Source: an uncultured candidate division Zixibacteria bacterium (GTDB taxonomy: Bacteria; Zixibacteria; MSB-5A5; RBG-16-43-9). From it: a stretch of DNA of 64,000 bases. The translations under genes were made by a program, and so were the position numbers. The stretch's first letter is position 1. Each line of letters starts with the position of its first letter. The stretch spans positions 1,728,001 through 1,792,000 of the forward strand of contig OY970208.1 of the NCBI GenBank assembly GCA_963713865.1, read 5' to 3'. Below are positions 28,395-37,190 of this stretch, piece by piece. The notes below the pieces were generated by a model. The model was not told the DNA's origin and did no database searches. It was given only the letters and a program-made list of their open reading frames with translations.

Positions 28395-29696
28395 ATGAAC
28401 AAAAAATTCCACATAATCACCTTCGGCTGCCAGATGAATGTTTATGATTCTGAGGTGCTGAAGGGTATCCTCTCACAGAATGGTTATTCTATCACGGATA
28501 GACCCGAAGAAGCAGAATTGATTATTGTAAATACCTGCTCGGTCAGGGAGCATGCTGAGGTCAGGGCGATTGGCAGATTAAATGAGCTTTCCAGATATAA
28601 ACTGGAAAATCCGGATGTGAAATTGGCAGTGATCGGGTGTATGGCTCAGAGGTTAGGGGAAAGATTTTTAAAGGAAGTCCCGGCATTAGATTTTATCCTG
28701 GGGACTGAGGAACTTTTCAAGCTCCCGGATTATCTGGAGAAGAAAAATGAGAAACCTTTGATAGCTTTGTCCTTTTCTGAATTGAAGGAGATTAACTCCT
28801 CTCCCTTGAGAAAGAACAAATTCTCCGCTTTTGTGGCGATCTCCAGGGGATGTGAGAATTTCTGCTCCTATTGTATCGTGCCCTATGTGCGCGGACCGGA
28901 GAAAAACAGGAAAATCTCCGAGATTTTAAAAGAGGTTCGATGTCTGGCTGAATCAGGATGTAAAGAGGTAAACCTTATCGGGCAAAATGTAAACTCCTAT
29001 AAAGACGATGGCTTTGATTTCGCTGATTTGCTGAGAGAAGTAAATGAAACTGATATTCAGAGGATTAGATTTATGACCTCTCATCCGAAGGATTTATCGC
29101 CAAAATTAATTGAAGCTATGTCAAATTTAGAAAAGGTGTGTGAGCATCTTCATCTGCCTTTGCAGTCCGGCTCAGATAGGATTTTAGAAAAGATGAACCG
29201 AAAATACAGCTTAGAGGATTATCTGTGTCTGGTGGATTCCGTGAAAAATAAAGTAGCAGACCTGAGCCTGACTACTGATTTGATCGTTGGTTTTCCAGGT
29301 GAAAAAGAGGAGGATTTTCAAAAAACCCTGGAGATGGTCGAAAAGATAGAATTCGATTCTGCTTTTATGTTTAAATATTCTTCACGTGAAGGGACTAAAG
29401 CTTTCTTTTTAGAGGATGATGTTCCAAAAGAAGTAAAGTTAGAAAGGCTCCAAACTTTGATAGATATACAGAAGAATATCTCACACAAGAAAAATCAAAA
29501 ATTAATTGACACAACTGAAGAAATTCTGATTGATGGAAAAAGCAAAAGGGATAAGTTAAAATGGAAAGGGAAGGGGAGAAGTAATAAGACGGTGATTATT
29601 CCTGAAAAGGTAAATCAAAATCTTTTAGGGGAGATTGTGAAGGTTAGAATTACAGGTGCGGATAGTTTTACACTTTTCGGGGAGGTAGAGAAATAA
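28395..29696 (+). CDS. miaB: tRNA-2-methylthio-N6-dimethylallyladenosine synthase
   Basis: TFGCQMNVYDS, NTCSVRE, CENFCSYC, FMTSHP, TRAM domain. Confidence 0.95.
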   Translation: MNKKFHIITFGCQMNVYDSEVLKGILSQNGYSITDRPEEAELIIVNTCSVREHAEVRAIGRLNELSRYKLENPDVKLAVIGCMAQRLGERFLKEVPALDFILGTEELFKLPDYLEKKNEKPLIALSFSELKEINSSPLRKNKFSAFVAISRGCENFCSYCIVPYVRGPEKNRKISEILKEVRCLAESGCKEVNLIGQNVNSYKDDGFDFADLLREVNETDIQRIRFMTSHPKDLSPKLIEAMSNLEKVCEHLHLPLQSGSDRILEKMNRKYSLEDYLCLVDSVKNKVADLSLTTDLIVGFPGEKEEDFQKTLEMVEKIEFDSAFMFKYSSREGTKAFFLEDDVPKEVKLERLQTLIDIQKNISHKKNQKLIDTTEEILIDGKSKRDKLKWKGKGRSNKTVIIPEKVNQNLLGEIVKVRITGADSFTLFGEVEK

Positions 29697-29699
29697 TTT

Positions 29700-29876
29700 G
29701 GAGTGCAAAACTTTAGTTTTGCCAGAAGAAGGTCGTAACGCCCAACCTTAGTGTCTGCGTTACGAAAAAGTGGAAGGCTGAAGCCTTCCTCTACAAAAAA
29801 GAAAACGTCAGGGATAAACCCTAACGCTACGAAAACTATAAGGACAGAATCCACCTAAGGCGGATTCTGTCCCTAC
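29700..29876. repeat. Cluster of REP-like palindromes between convergent genes
   Basis: GGAGTGCAAAAC..GTTTTGC; GGAAGGCT-ga-AGCCTTCC-TCTAC; GGACAGAATCC..GGATTCTGTCC-CTAC. Confidence 0.7.
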
Positions 29877-29886
29877 AACTCAAAAT

Positions 29887-30471
29887 TTAATATTCCTCGC
29901 ACTTTATCTGATAATAACTTCTGGCGTGGTCACAGGAGGGACACTTTTCCGGTGGCTCTGTCCCGAAGGAGACATATCCGCATTCACGACACACCCAGTA
30001 AACTTTCTCTGACTTTTTGAAAACTGTTCCAGCTTCTATTTTCTTCAAGAGTTTTCTATATCTTTCCTCGTGATGCTCTTCTGCTTTGGAAATCGATCTT
30101 AATCTTCTGGCAATTTCCGGTAAACCTTCTTTCTGGGCAGCCTCGGCGAATTCTGGATACATCACGGTATTTTCGTAATGCTCTCCATCGATGGCGGCTT
30201 TGAGGTTCTCTGCAGTGGTGCTAAAAACGGTAGGGGTAGAAGCTTCAACTTTTATCTCCTCCAGATTTTCACTGCTTTTGCTTTTCAATTCTTGGATCAG
30301 CCTGAAAAGCCATTTGGCGTGCTCTTTCTCGTTATCAGCAGTAGTAAGGAAAATATCAGCAATCTGCTCATATCCTTCCTGCTTGGCGATCTTAGCATAA
30401 AAAGTGTATCTGTTCCTTGCCTGGCTCTCACCAATGAATGCTTTGGCTAAATTTTCAATCGTTTTTATCAA
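29887..30471 (-). CDS. rbr: Rubrerythrin
   Basis: AFIGESQARNRY, EKEHA, EEHHE; C-terminal CRECGY...CPSC. Confidence 0.95.
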   Translation of the reverse strand: MIKTIENLAKAFIGESQARNRYTFYAKIAKQEGYEQIADIFLTTADNEKEHAKWLFRLIQELKSKSSENLEEIKVEASTPTVFSTTAENLKAAIDGEHYENTVMYPEFAEAAQKEGLPEIARRLRSISKAEEHHEERYRKLLKKIEAGTVFKKSEKVYWVCRECGYVSFGTEPPEKCPSCDHARSYYQIKCEEY

Positions 30472-30596
30472 AATTATTACCTCCTGTTTTTAATTTTTAC
30501 AAATCAGACCTTTTTAGGTTTACGATAATGGAATTAGAATAATTTGAGAATGAAACTCATACTGTCCGGTTAAAGAAGCTTATTTCCAATTCAACA

Positions 30597-31517
30597 TTAT
30601 TTATTCAGGAGAACACTCAGGTTGCGGGGAAGAACATCTAAATATTCGTCTATATAAGACTTTTTTATCTTCTGCTGAGTTGCCTCGGGGAGTTGATCCA
30701 GGGGAACACCTTTGAGCAGAAGCATAGTCTCGTCTTCAGAGAATTCTGCCCCCGGTTCGATCCATTGGATTACATCTGCATTTTCCGGGCAGATACTCTG
30801 GCACTGCATACATCCGACCGGGCAATGGTGCCAGGAGGGGTCAATCCAATCAGGGAAAGGTATGTTTACAGGTTTCTCGTTATGGAACGTTATGCAGTGT
30901 TCTGCGTTGAGAAGGAAACGCTCGGATAAAATCGCACCAGTAGGACAGTTATTCAGGCAAGCAGAGCAATCTTCGCAGGTCTCCAGCATCTGTGCCTCCT
31001 GCCAGTTGTCTTCATAACATGGAAGGTCAGAATAAAAAGCCATCAACCGATGAAAACTTCCCATTCCAGTTACATAACAGATGTTGTTTTTCCCGTAAAA
31101 ACCTAACCCGCTACGTGCTGCTAAAAGTTTTAAAGGAAGTGCGGAGCGAGCCACCTGATTGCCTTGTGGAACCAGGATTTTTGATAGAAGAGCTTCAACT
31201 TCTTTATTCGGATAGGTTGAATAAGTTGGAGGGACAATGAGAGATTTGGTTTCTCCTCTCCAGTCGAAAATATGCTGAATCTGAGGTTGAGGTGCTGAGA
31301 CAACAATTATAGATTTAGCTTTCAAAAAATCTGGAGGAGGATTGAAGACAAACGAGGTAAGACGTTCCTGATAGAATTCTTCATTAAATTGACCCTCCCG
31401 GTAGCGGCCTTCAATTTCCTCCTGTAAGTCACGAAGGTGCTGGATTGATACGATTCGACCCTTATAGCCCTTTTCTTCTAACCTCAAGAATAGTTCTTCA
31501 GTTGTTTTATCTGTCAT
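30597..31517 (-). CDS. Epoxyqueuosine reductase (QueG)-like 4Fe-4S protein
   Basis: KLLAARSGLGFYGKNN, CEDCSACLNNCP, GCMQCQSICP. Confidence 0.75.
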   Translation of the reverse strand: MTDKTTEELFLRLEEKGYKGRIVSIQHLRDLQEEIEGRYREGQFNEEFYQERLTSFVFNPPPDFLKAKSIIVVSAPQPQIQHIFDWRGETKSLIVPPTYSTYPNKEVEALLSKILVPQGNQVARSALPLKLLAARSGLGFYGKNNICYVTGMGSFHRLMAFYSDLPCYEDNWQEAQMLETCEDCSACLNNCPTGAILSERFLLNAEHCITFHNEKPVNIPFPDWIDPSWHHCPVGCMQCQSICPENADVIQWIEPGAEFSEDETMLLLKGVPLDQLPEATQQKIKKSYIDEYLDVLPRNLSVLLNK

Positions 31518-31743
31518 CGCACCGTAAAAAGATCATAGAGTTTCCTTCTTATTTTACGGATTGAACTTATTGAAGTTTAAATAATCGTAATCTTTATGCA
31601 CTCAATAGGCAAGCCTTTTATTTTCTTTTCTTAAGTTATAAATGTTTTTAAGTAGTTGATTTGTTTTTTGGATATCAACAAATTCCTTGATTTAAAAATA
31701 TCAATATATATATTCTAACCTTGAAGAAATTTTGAGAAGGAAT

Positions 31744-32922
31744 ATGAGAAAATATAAAGAGAAGAAAAAAGTTGTTATCTTAGGCTCGACCGGTTCAATC
31801 GGGAAAAGTGCCCTGCAGGTTATTAAGGATTGCAGGGATAGATTTGAGGTTTTTGGACTGTCGGCACACAAGAATTTCGAGCTGATTAGATGCCAGATAA
31901 AGGAATATAAGCCTAAAGTAGTGGTATTGACTGAAGAAGATACCTACGAAAAAGTTAAAAAGGAGTTTCCCGATAATAAGATTAAGATATACTTTAGTGC
32001 CGATGGCATTAATAAGATGGTATCTTTCCCAGAAGCGGATTTGGTTATAAATGCCATAGTGGGTTCAGCTGGGCTTCTACCCAGTCTTGCTACTCTTCAA
32101 GCTGGAAAGACGTTAGCTCTGGCGAATAAGGAATCTTTAGTTATGGCGGGTGAACTTCTTACCGATCTGGCAAAAAAGAAAAGACTTGAAATTCTTCCGG
32201 TGGATAGTGAGCATTCCGCTATAAAGCAATGCCTGCAGTCCGGGAAGAAAAGCGAGGTTAAAAAATTGATTTTAACTGCTTCTGGTGGCCCGCTCTATTT
32301 AAGCAAAAAGAAAGATTTCTCTAAAATTACCATAAAACAAGCCCTTTCCCATCCCACCTGGGAGATGGGTAAAAAGATCACCATAGATTCAGCTACCTTG
32401 ATGAATAAAGGATTAGAGATAATCGAAGCTCACTGGCTCTTTAAAATACCAGCATCTCAGATAAAAGTTATCATCCATCCCCAATCGGTGATTCACTCTA
32501 TGGTAGAATTCGTGGACGGCTCAATCATAGCGCAGATGAGTAACCCGGATATGAAAATGCCATTGCAATATGCTTTGCTATATCCTGAAAGGATAAAAAC
32601 AAATAACAGTTTTTTAGATCTTACCAGAGTAAAAAATCTTACCTTTTTAGAACCAGATTTAAGAAGGTTTCCCGGACTCAAGCTCTGTTATTTTGCCCTG
32701 GAATTAGGAGGGACTGCTCCTTGTGTTCTCAATGCATCAAATGAAGTTGCAGTTGAATCTTTTTTGAATAAGAAACTCTCATTTGATAAAATCCCTTTTC
32801 TGGTAAGGAAAGTTCTATCAAATCATAAGGTAAAGCAGAATCCGAGCTTAAAAGAGATATTGGAGGCTGACAGGTGGGCAAGAAAGGAAAGCTTGAATTT
32901 TATTCAGAGGAAAATCAGATGA
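31744..32922 (+). CDS. dxr: 1-deoxy-D-xylulose-5-phosphate reductoisomerase
   Basis: LGSTGSIG, LANKESL, PVDSEHSA, HPTWEMGKKITIDSATLMNKGLE. Confidence 0.97.
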   Translation: MRKYKEKKKVVILGSTGSIGKSALQVIKDCRDRFEVFGLSAHKNFELIRCQIKEYKPKVVVLTEEDTYEKVKKEFPDNKIKIYFSADGINKMVSFPEADLVINAIVGSAGLLPSLATLQAGKTLALANKESLVMAGELLTDLAKKKRLEILPVDSEHSAIKQCLQSGKKSEVKKLILTASGGPLYLSKKKDFSKITIKQALSHPTWEMGKKITIDSATLMNKGLEIIEAHWLFKIPASQIKVIIHPQSVIHSMVEFVDGSIIAQMSNPDMKMPLQYALLYPERIKTNNSFLDLTRVKNLTFLEPDLRRFPGLKLCYFALELGGTAPCVLNASNEVAVESFLNKKLSFDKIPFLVRKVLSNHKVKQNPSLKEILEADRWARKESLNFIQRKIR

Positions 32923-33971
32923 TAAATATCATATCCTTCATAGTGGTATTAGGGATTTTAGTTTTCGTGCATGAATTAGGACATTTCTTGGTAGCTAAAA
33001 GGATGGGGATCAAGGTAGAAAGGTTTTCTTTAGGCTTTCCACCCAAGATGATAGGCAAGAAGGTAGGTGATACAGAATATTGTATCTCCTGGATACCCTT
33101 AGGCGGTTATGTGAAAATGGCTGGAGAAAATCCAGAAGAGGAAAAGGAGAGATGGGAGTCCTATGAATTTATGGGTAAACCACCCTGGCAGAGAGGTTTG
33201 ATTATTTTTGCCGGTCCGCTTATGAATTTTCTTTTAGCAATATTTGTTTTCTGGGGTGTGGTCTTTTTTAGTGGAAAAGAGATAGTGTATTATGATAAGA
33301 CCACCATAGGATTAGTGGGTAAAGATTCACCAGCAGAAAAGGCTGGGCTTAAAAGCGGAGACCAGATCCTTTCAGTTAATGGGGTAGAGGTTAAAAATTT
33401 CATGGATATGGCGGAGATAATCTATAAAGAAGTGGAAAAACCGGTGGTTTTGAAATGGAAAAGAGGAAATGAAATTCTTGAAGCTCAAGTTACTACATTT
33501 AAAGAAAAAGTTGAGGACGAGGATGGTAAACCTAAGGAGGTAGGGAAGATAGGGGTAAGCCCTACGTATATCATTATTCGCCTGAATATTTTTCAGTCAT
33601 TATTAGAAGGGATCGGGACGACTATTTTTATTACTGTCGAGTCAGTTAAATTCGTAGTCGGGCTTTTCACTGGTGCGGCTTCTTTGAAAATGGTCGGAGG
33701 TCCAATCTTTATTGCCCGCACAGCCGGAGAAACTGCCAAATTAGGACTGGCAAGTTTTTTCTCTTTTATAGCTTTACTCTCGGTTAATCTATCGATCATA
33801 AATATCCTTCCCATACCAGTCCTGGATGGAGGTCATATCCTCTTCTTAGGTATGGAGAAAATAAGAAGGAAACCTCTTTCTCTTAAACAAAGAGCTATTG
33901 TTCAGCAGATCGGACTAGCCTTTCTATTAGCTCTGATTATATATGTGAGCTATAATGATATATTAAGATAG
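32919..33971 (+). CDS. rseP: RIP metalloprotease RseP
   Basis: HELGH, PDZ, NILPIPVLDGG; follows dxr. Confidence 0.95.
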   Translation: MINIISFIVVLGILVFVHELGHFLVAKRMGIKVERFSLGFPPKMIGKKVGDTEYCISWIPLGGYVKMAGENPEEEKERWESYEFMGKPPWQRGLIIFAGPLMNFLLAIFVFWGVVFFSGKEIVYYDKTTIGLVGKDSPAEKAGLKSGDQILSVNGVEVKNFMDMAEIIYKEVEKPVVLKWKRGNEILEAQVTTFKEKVEDEDGKPKEVGKIGVSPTYIIIRLNIFQSLLEGIGTTIFITVESVKFVVGLFTGAASLKMVGGPIFIARTAGETAKLGLASFFSFIALLSVNLSIINILPIPVLDGGHILFLGMEKIRRKPLSLKQRAIVQQIGLAFLLALIIYVSYNDILR

Positions 33972-34038
33972 AGAAGTCTCATTTTTTTATCGAAAATACT
34001 TGACATATAAGATAGAAATAATATCTTTTCCAACTGAA

Positions 34039-34056
34039 ATGTGAAATTATTCACAT
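34039..34056. promoter_or_regulatory. Rex-box-like palindrome
   Basis: ATGTGAA-atta-TTCACAT versus Rex consensus TTGTGAA-N4-TTCACAA, between a TTGACA promoter and the cytochrome gene. Confidence 0.6.
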
Positions 34057-34075
34057 AAATAAGTTCTTAAGGGAG

Positions 34076-36022
34076 ATGTTATTGAAAAACGTGGGAACAA
34101 TTTTTCTTTCAGTATTAATACTTTTACTCTTATCGATCTTTTCCTGGGGAAAAGAGGTCGAGTGTCTTTCCTGCCATGGGGAAAAAGATTTAATAAAGAC
34201 AGATGAGTCCGGGAAAGAGGTTTCATTATATGTTGACTCCTCTGAAATTAAAAATTCAATTCACAAAGATTTGATCTGCACTGACTGCCATTCAGGAGTT
34301 AAGGATGAATTTCATTCAGTCAAACCGGAGAAGGTTCAATGCGGTAATTGTCATGAAGCAACTCTTCTGGAATATAAAGAAAGTTTTCATGGCAGAAAAT
34401 ATCTTCAAGGGATAAAAGATGCGCCCTGGTGTCAGGATTGTCACGGTTCTCATAATATAAGGGGAAAAGAGGACCCAAGCTCTCTCACTTATCGTCTGAA
34501 TATTCCTCAAATGTGCGGTAAATGTCATGCTGATACCGGTATGGCAAAAAAATATAATTTTCGAATTAAAAACCCATATAAACTTTATACTGAAAGCATC
34601 CATGGAAAAGCAGTTAGAGAAAAAGGATTAATCAATTCAGCAGTTTGCAACGACTGCCATGGAAGTCATTCTCTTAAAGAAGCTACTGATACTACTTCTT
34701 CAATCTATCGTTATAATGTTCCAGCCACCTGTAGCAAATGTCATTCTGACGATTATAAAATCTTCAAGGAGTCAATACATGGTCAAGCTGTCCTTGCCAA
34801 TAATCCGGAGGCTCCAGTATGCACAGATTGCCATAGTGAACATTCAATTCAACCTTCCTGGGTAAAAACCTCTTCGGTATATCCTGCCAATATCTCAAAA
34901 ACCACCTGTCCCTGGTGTCATTCCGCAGAGGTTATTACGGACAGATACGGCTTGGTTACTCGCAAGATAACTAAATATTTAGATAGCTACCATGGTGTGG
35001 ATAGTCGTGCCGGAAGAAATGAGGTGGCAAACTGTGCCAGCTGTCATGGTTATCACGACATAAGATCTTCTACGGATCCTAAATCCTCCATTAATCCAGC
35101 TAATCTCCCTAAAACCTGTGGAAAATGTCATCCTAATGCAGGAGAGAATTTCGCTAAAGGGAAAATCCATTTAGCGGTATCTCCAAAAAGCGAGAAGGGT
35201 GTATACGTAGTCGGCAGGATTTATGCGGTATTGATAATACTTATTATCGGGGGAATGGTTTTACATAATGCGCTGATAATCTTCAAAAGGGTCAGGGAAA
35301 AATACAAAGAGGCAAAAGAGGGAACGGTAATCCGCTTCAATCAGGGTGAGATCGTTCAGCATCTTTTACTTTTTATATCATTTACTACTTTAGCCCTGAG
35401 TGGGTTTGCCTTGAAGTTCCCGGATGCCTGGTGGGCTAAATGGATGCTGAGATCTGAAACCGGGGCACATTTCAGAAGCGATGTCCACCGCATAGCAGCA
35501 GTGGTCTTTATTCTGGTTTCTCTGTATCATATCTATTATCTTATTTCCAGCAAAAGGGGAAGAGCTCAACTCAGAGCTTTATTTCCCACACCCAATGACC
35601 TTTCCCTGTTAATTCAGAACATAAACTATCAGCTGGGCTTGGTCAAGGAAAGACCTAAATTCGACCGATACGCTTATATGGAAAAAGCTGAGTACTGGGC
35701 ATTGATCTGGGGAACTATAGTTATGGTTATAACCGGGTTCCCGATGTGGTTTGAGAATTTCTTTTTAAAATATATGACTACCTGGCTTTTGAATGTTTTT
35801 AGAGCGATTCATCTCTACGAAGCGATTTTAGCTACTACGGCTATTGTAGTCTGGCATATGTTCTTTATGATCTTTGAGCCGGAGAGCTATCCGGTTAACT
35901 TTGGTATGATTTTTGGCAGGATAACTGAAAAAGAATTGGAAGAAAAACATCCGGCTGAATATGATAGGTTAAAAGCTAAAGAAAAATCTGATTCAGAGAC
36001 AGAAGATGATTCTAAAAATTAA
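34076..36022 (+). CDS. Multiheme cytochrome c (11 CxxCH) fused to an FdnI-like cytochrome b domain
   Basis: Signal peptide, 11 CxxCH motifs; C-terminal TM helices with QH, HR, EKAEYWAL, AIHLYEAIL, VWH. Confidence 0.9.
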   Translation: MLLKNVGTIFLSVLILLLLSIFSWGKEVECLSCHGEKDLIKTDESGKEVSLYVDSSEIKNSIHKDLICTDCHSGVKDEFHSVKPEKVQCGNCHEATLLEYKESFHGRKYLQGIKDAPWCQDCHGSHNIRGKEDPSSLTYRLNIPQMCGKCHADTGMAKKYNFRIKNPYKLYTESIHGKAVREKGLINSAVCNDCHGSHSLKEATDTTSSIYRYNVPATCSKCHSDDYKIFKESIHGQAVLANNPEAPVCTDCHSEHSIQPSWVKTSSVYPANISKTTCPWCHSAEVITDRYGLVTRKITKYLDSYHGVDSRAGRNEVANCASCHGYHDIRSSTDPKSSINPANLPKTCGKCHPNAGENFAKGKIHLAVSPKSEKGVYVVGRIYAVLIILIIGGMVLHNALIIFKRVREKYKEAKEGTVIRFNQGEIVQHLLLFISFTTLALSGFALKFPDAWWAKWMLRSETGAHFRSDVHRIAAVVFILVSLYHIYYLISSKRGRAQLRALFPTPNDLSLLIQNINYQLGLVKERPKFDRYAYMEKAEYWALIWGTIVMVITGFPMWFENFFLKYMTTWLLNVFRAIHLYEAILATTAIVVWHMFFMIFEPESYPVNFGMIFGRITEKELEEKHPAEYDRLKAKEKSDSETEDDSKN

Positions 36023-36290
36023 AAAGCTCATAAGATGTTTCTATTTAATGCGATCTTATTTCTTCTAACACCTTTAAAAATCGAAAATTTAGGCATGGAT
36101 ATTCTAATTCTGATTTAAAGAAAGTGCTATCAGCAAGGCAGATTGTCTACCAGAAAATACATATTTTATTCGACAGAGAAAATCCCAAGAGGTGAGAAAA
36201 GGTAGAGTTTAACGAATAAAAATATCTTGAAACGGAATCGATGGGGAATCGTATAATCTATAAAGAGACAAATATATTCGGGAGGAAAGG

Positions 36291-37013
36291 ATGAGACCAG
36301 TATCACAAAAAGAAAAGCCCAAAAAGAAGAAATCGATCTTGAGGGAATATATTGAGTCTTTTGGCATAGCCTTGATCTTAGCCCTGATGATCAAAACCTC
36401 AGTGGTGGAGGCTTATAAAATTCCTTCTGGCTCGATGGAAGATACTCTTTTAATTGGGGATTTTTTATTAGCTAACAAGTTCATCTATGGCTCCAGGCTT
36501 CCTATACCCTTTACTAACATTCATCTACCAGCCCTGAGAGAACCTAAGGCCGGTGATATCGTGATCTTTAAATATCCTCAGGACCAGAGGGTAAATTATA
36601 TTAAAAGATGTGTAGCGTTAGCTGGGGATGAAATATTGATCAAGGACAAGGTTCTATATGTAAATGGGAAAGAATTCATTAACCCGCCTACATCCAAATT
36701 CACAGATAGGGGTATTCTACCTACAGGAATAGGTAATAGAGACAATTTTGGTCCTTATGTTGTTCCTAAAGGTTATATTTTTATGATGGGAGACAATCGG
36801 GATAACAGCTACGACAGTAGGTTCTGGGGACCACTGGATCGGAAGCTGGTATTGGGCAAAGCTATGATTATTCACTACTCCTGGGAACCGGACCAGAATG
36901 CTCCTGCAGTTAGCCGGGACGATCTTCTTTCCATTCCCAAGAATATAGCCTATAATATTATCCATTTCCCTCAACGGGTAAGATGGAACCGGATCGGGCA
37001 TCTAATTAAATAG
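36291..37013 (+). CDS. lepB: Signal peptidase I
   Basis: IPSGSMEDTL, YIKRC, MMGDNRDNSYDSRFWG. Confidence 0.95.
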   Translation: MRPVSQKEKPKKKKSILREYIESFGIALILALMIKTSVVEAYKIPSGSMEDTLLIGDFLLANKFIYGSRLPIPFTNIHLPALREPKAGDIVIFKYPQDQRVNYIKRCVALAGDEILIKDKVLYVNGKEFINPPTSKFTDRGILPTGIGNRDNFGPYVVPKGYIFMMGDNRDNSYDSRFWGPLDRKLVLGKAMIIHYSWEPDQNAPAVSRDDLLSIPKNIAYNIIHFPQRVRWNRIGHLIK

Positions 37014-37137
37014 AAATCACTATTAAGTAGTAGCAACAGTTACGGGCAGGAGTATAACTCCTGCCCGAACATTTTGAAAGATTCAGGAGACACCAGATCA
37101 GGAGCACCAAGCGACTGACCTGCGAAGCTGGGCAAAT

Positions 37138-37167
37138 AAAAAAGCCCTCAGATTCTGAGGGCTTTTT
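37138..37167. terminator. Bidirectional rho-independent terminator
   Basis: AAAAAAGCCCTCAGA-t-TCTGAGGGCTTTTT between convergent genes. Confidence 0.85.
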
Positions 37168-37190
37168 AAATTTTACCTGTTGGTAGAATC

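Noticed and set aside
37080-37137. Resemblance to ZTP or glycine riboswitch words (GACTG..CTGGGCA; GGAGA..GGAGCA)
   Set aside because: Core elements and order do not fit, and the site is between convergent 3' ends with no gene to regulate.
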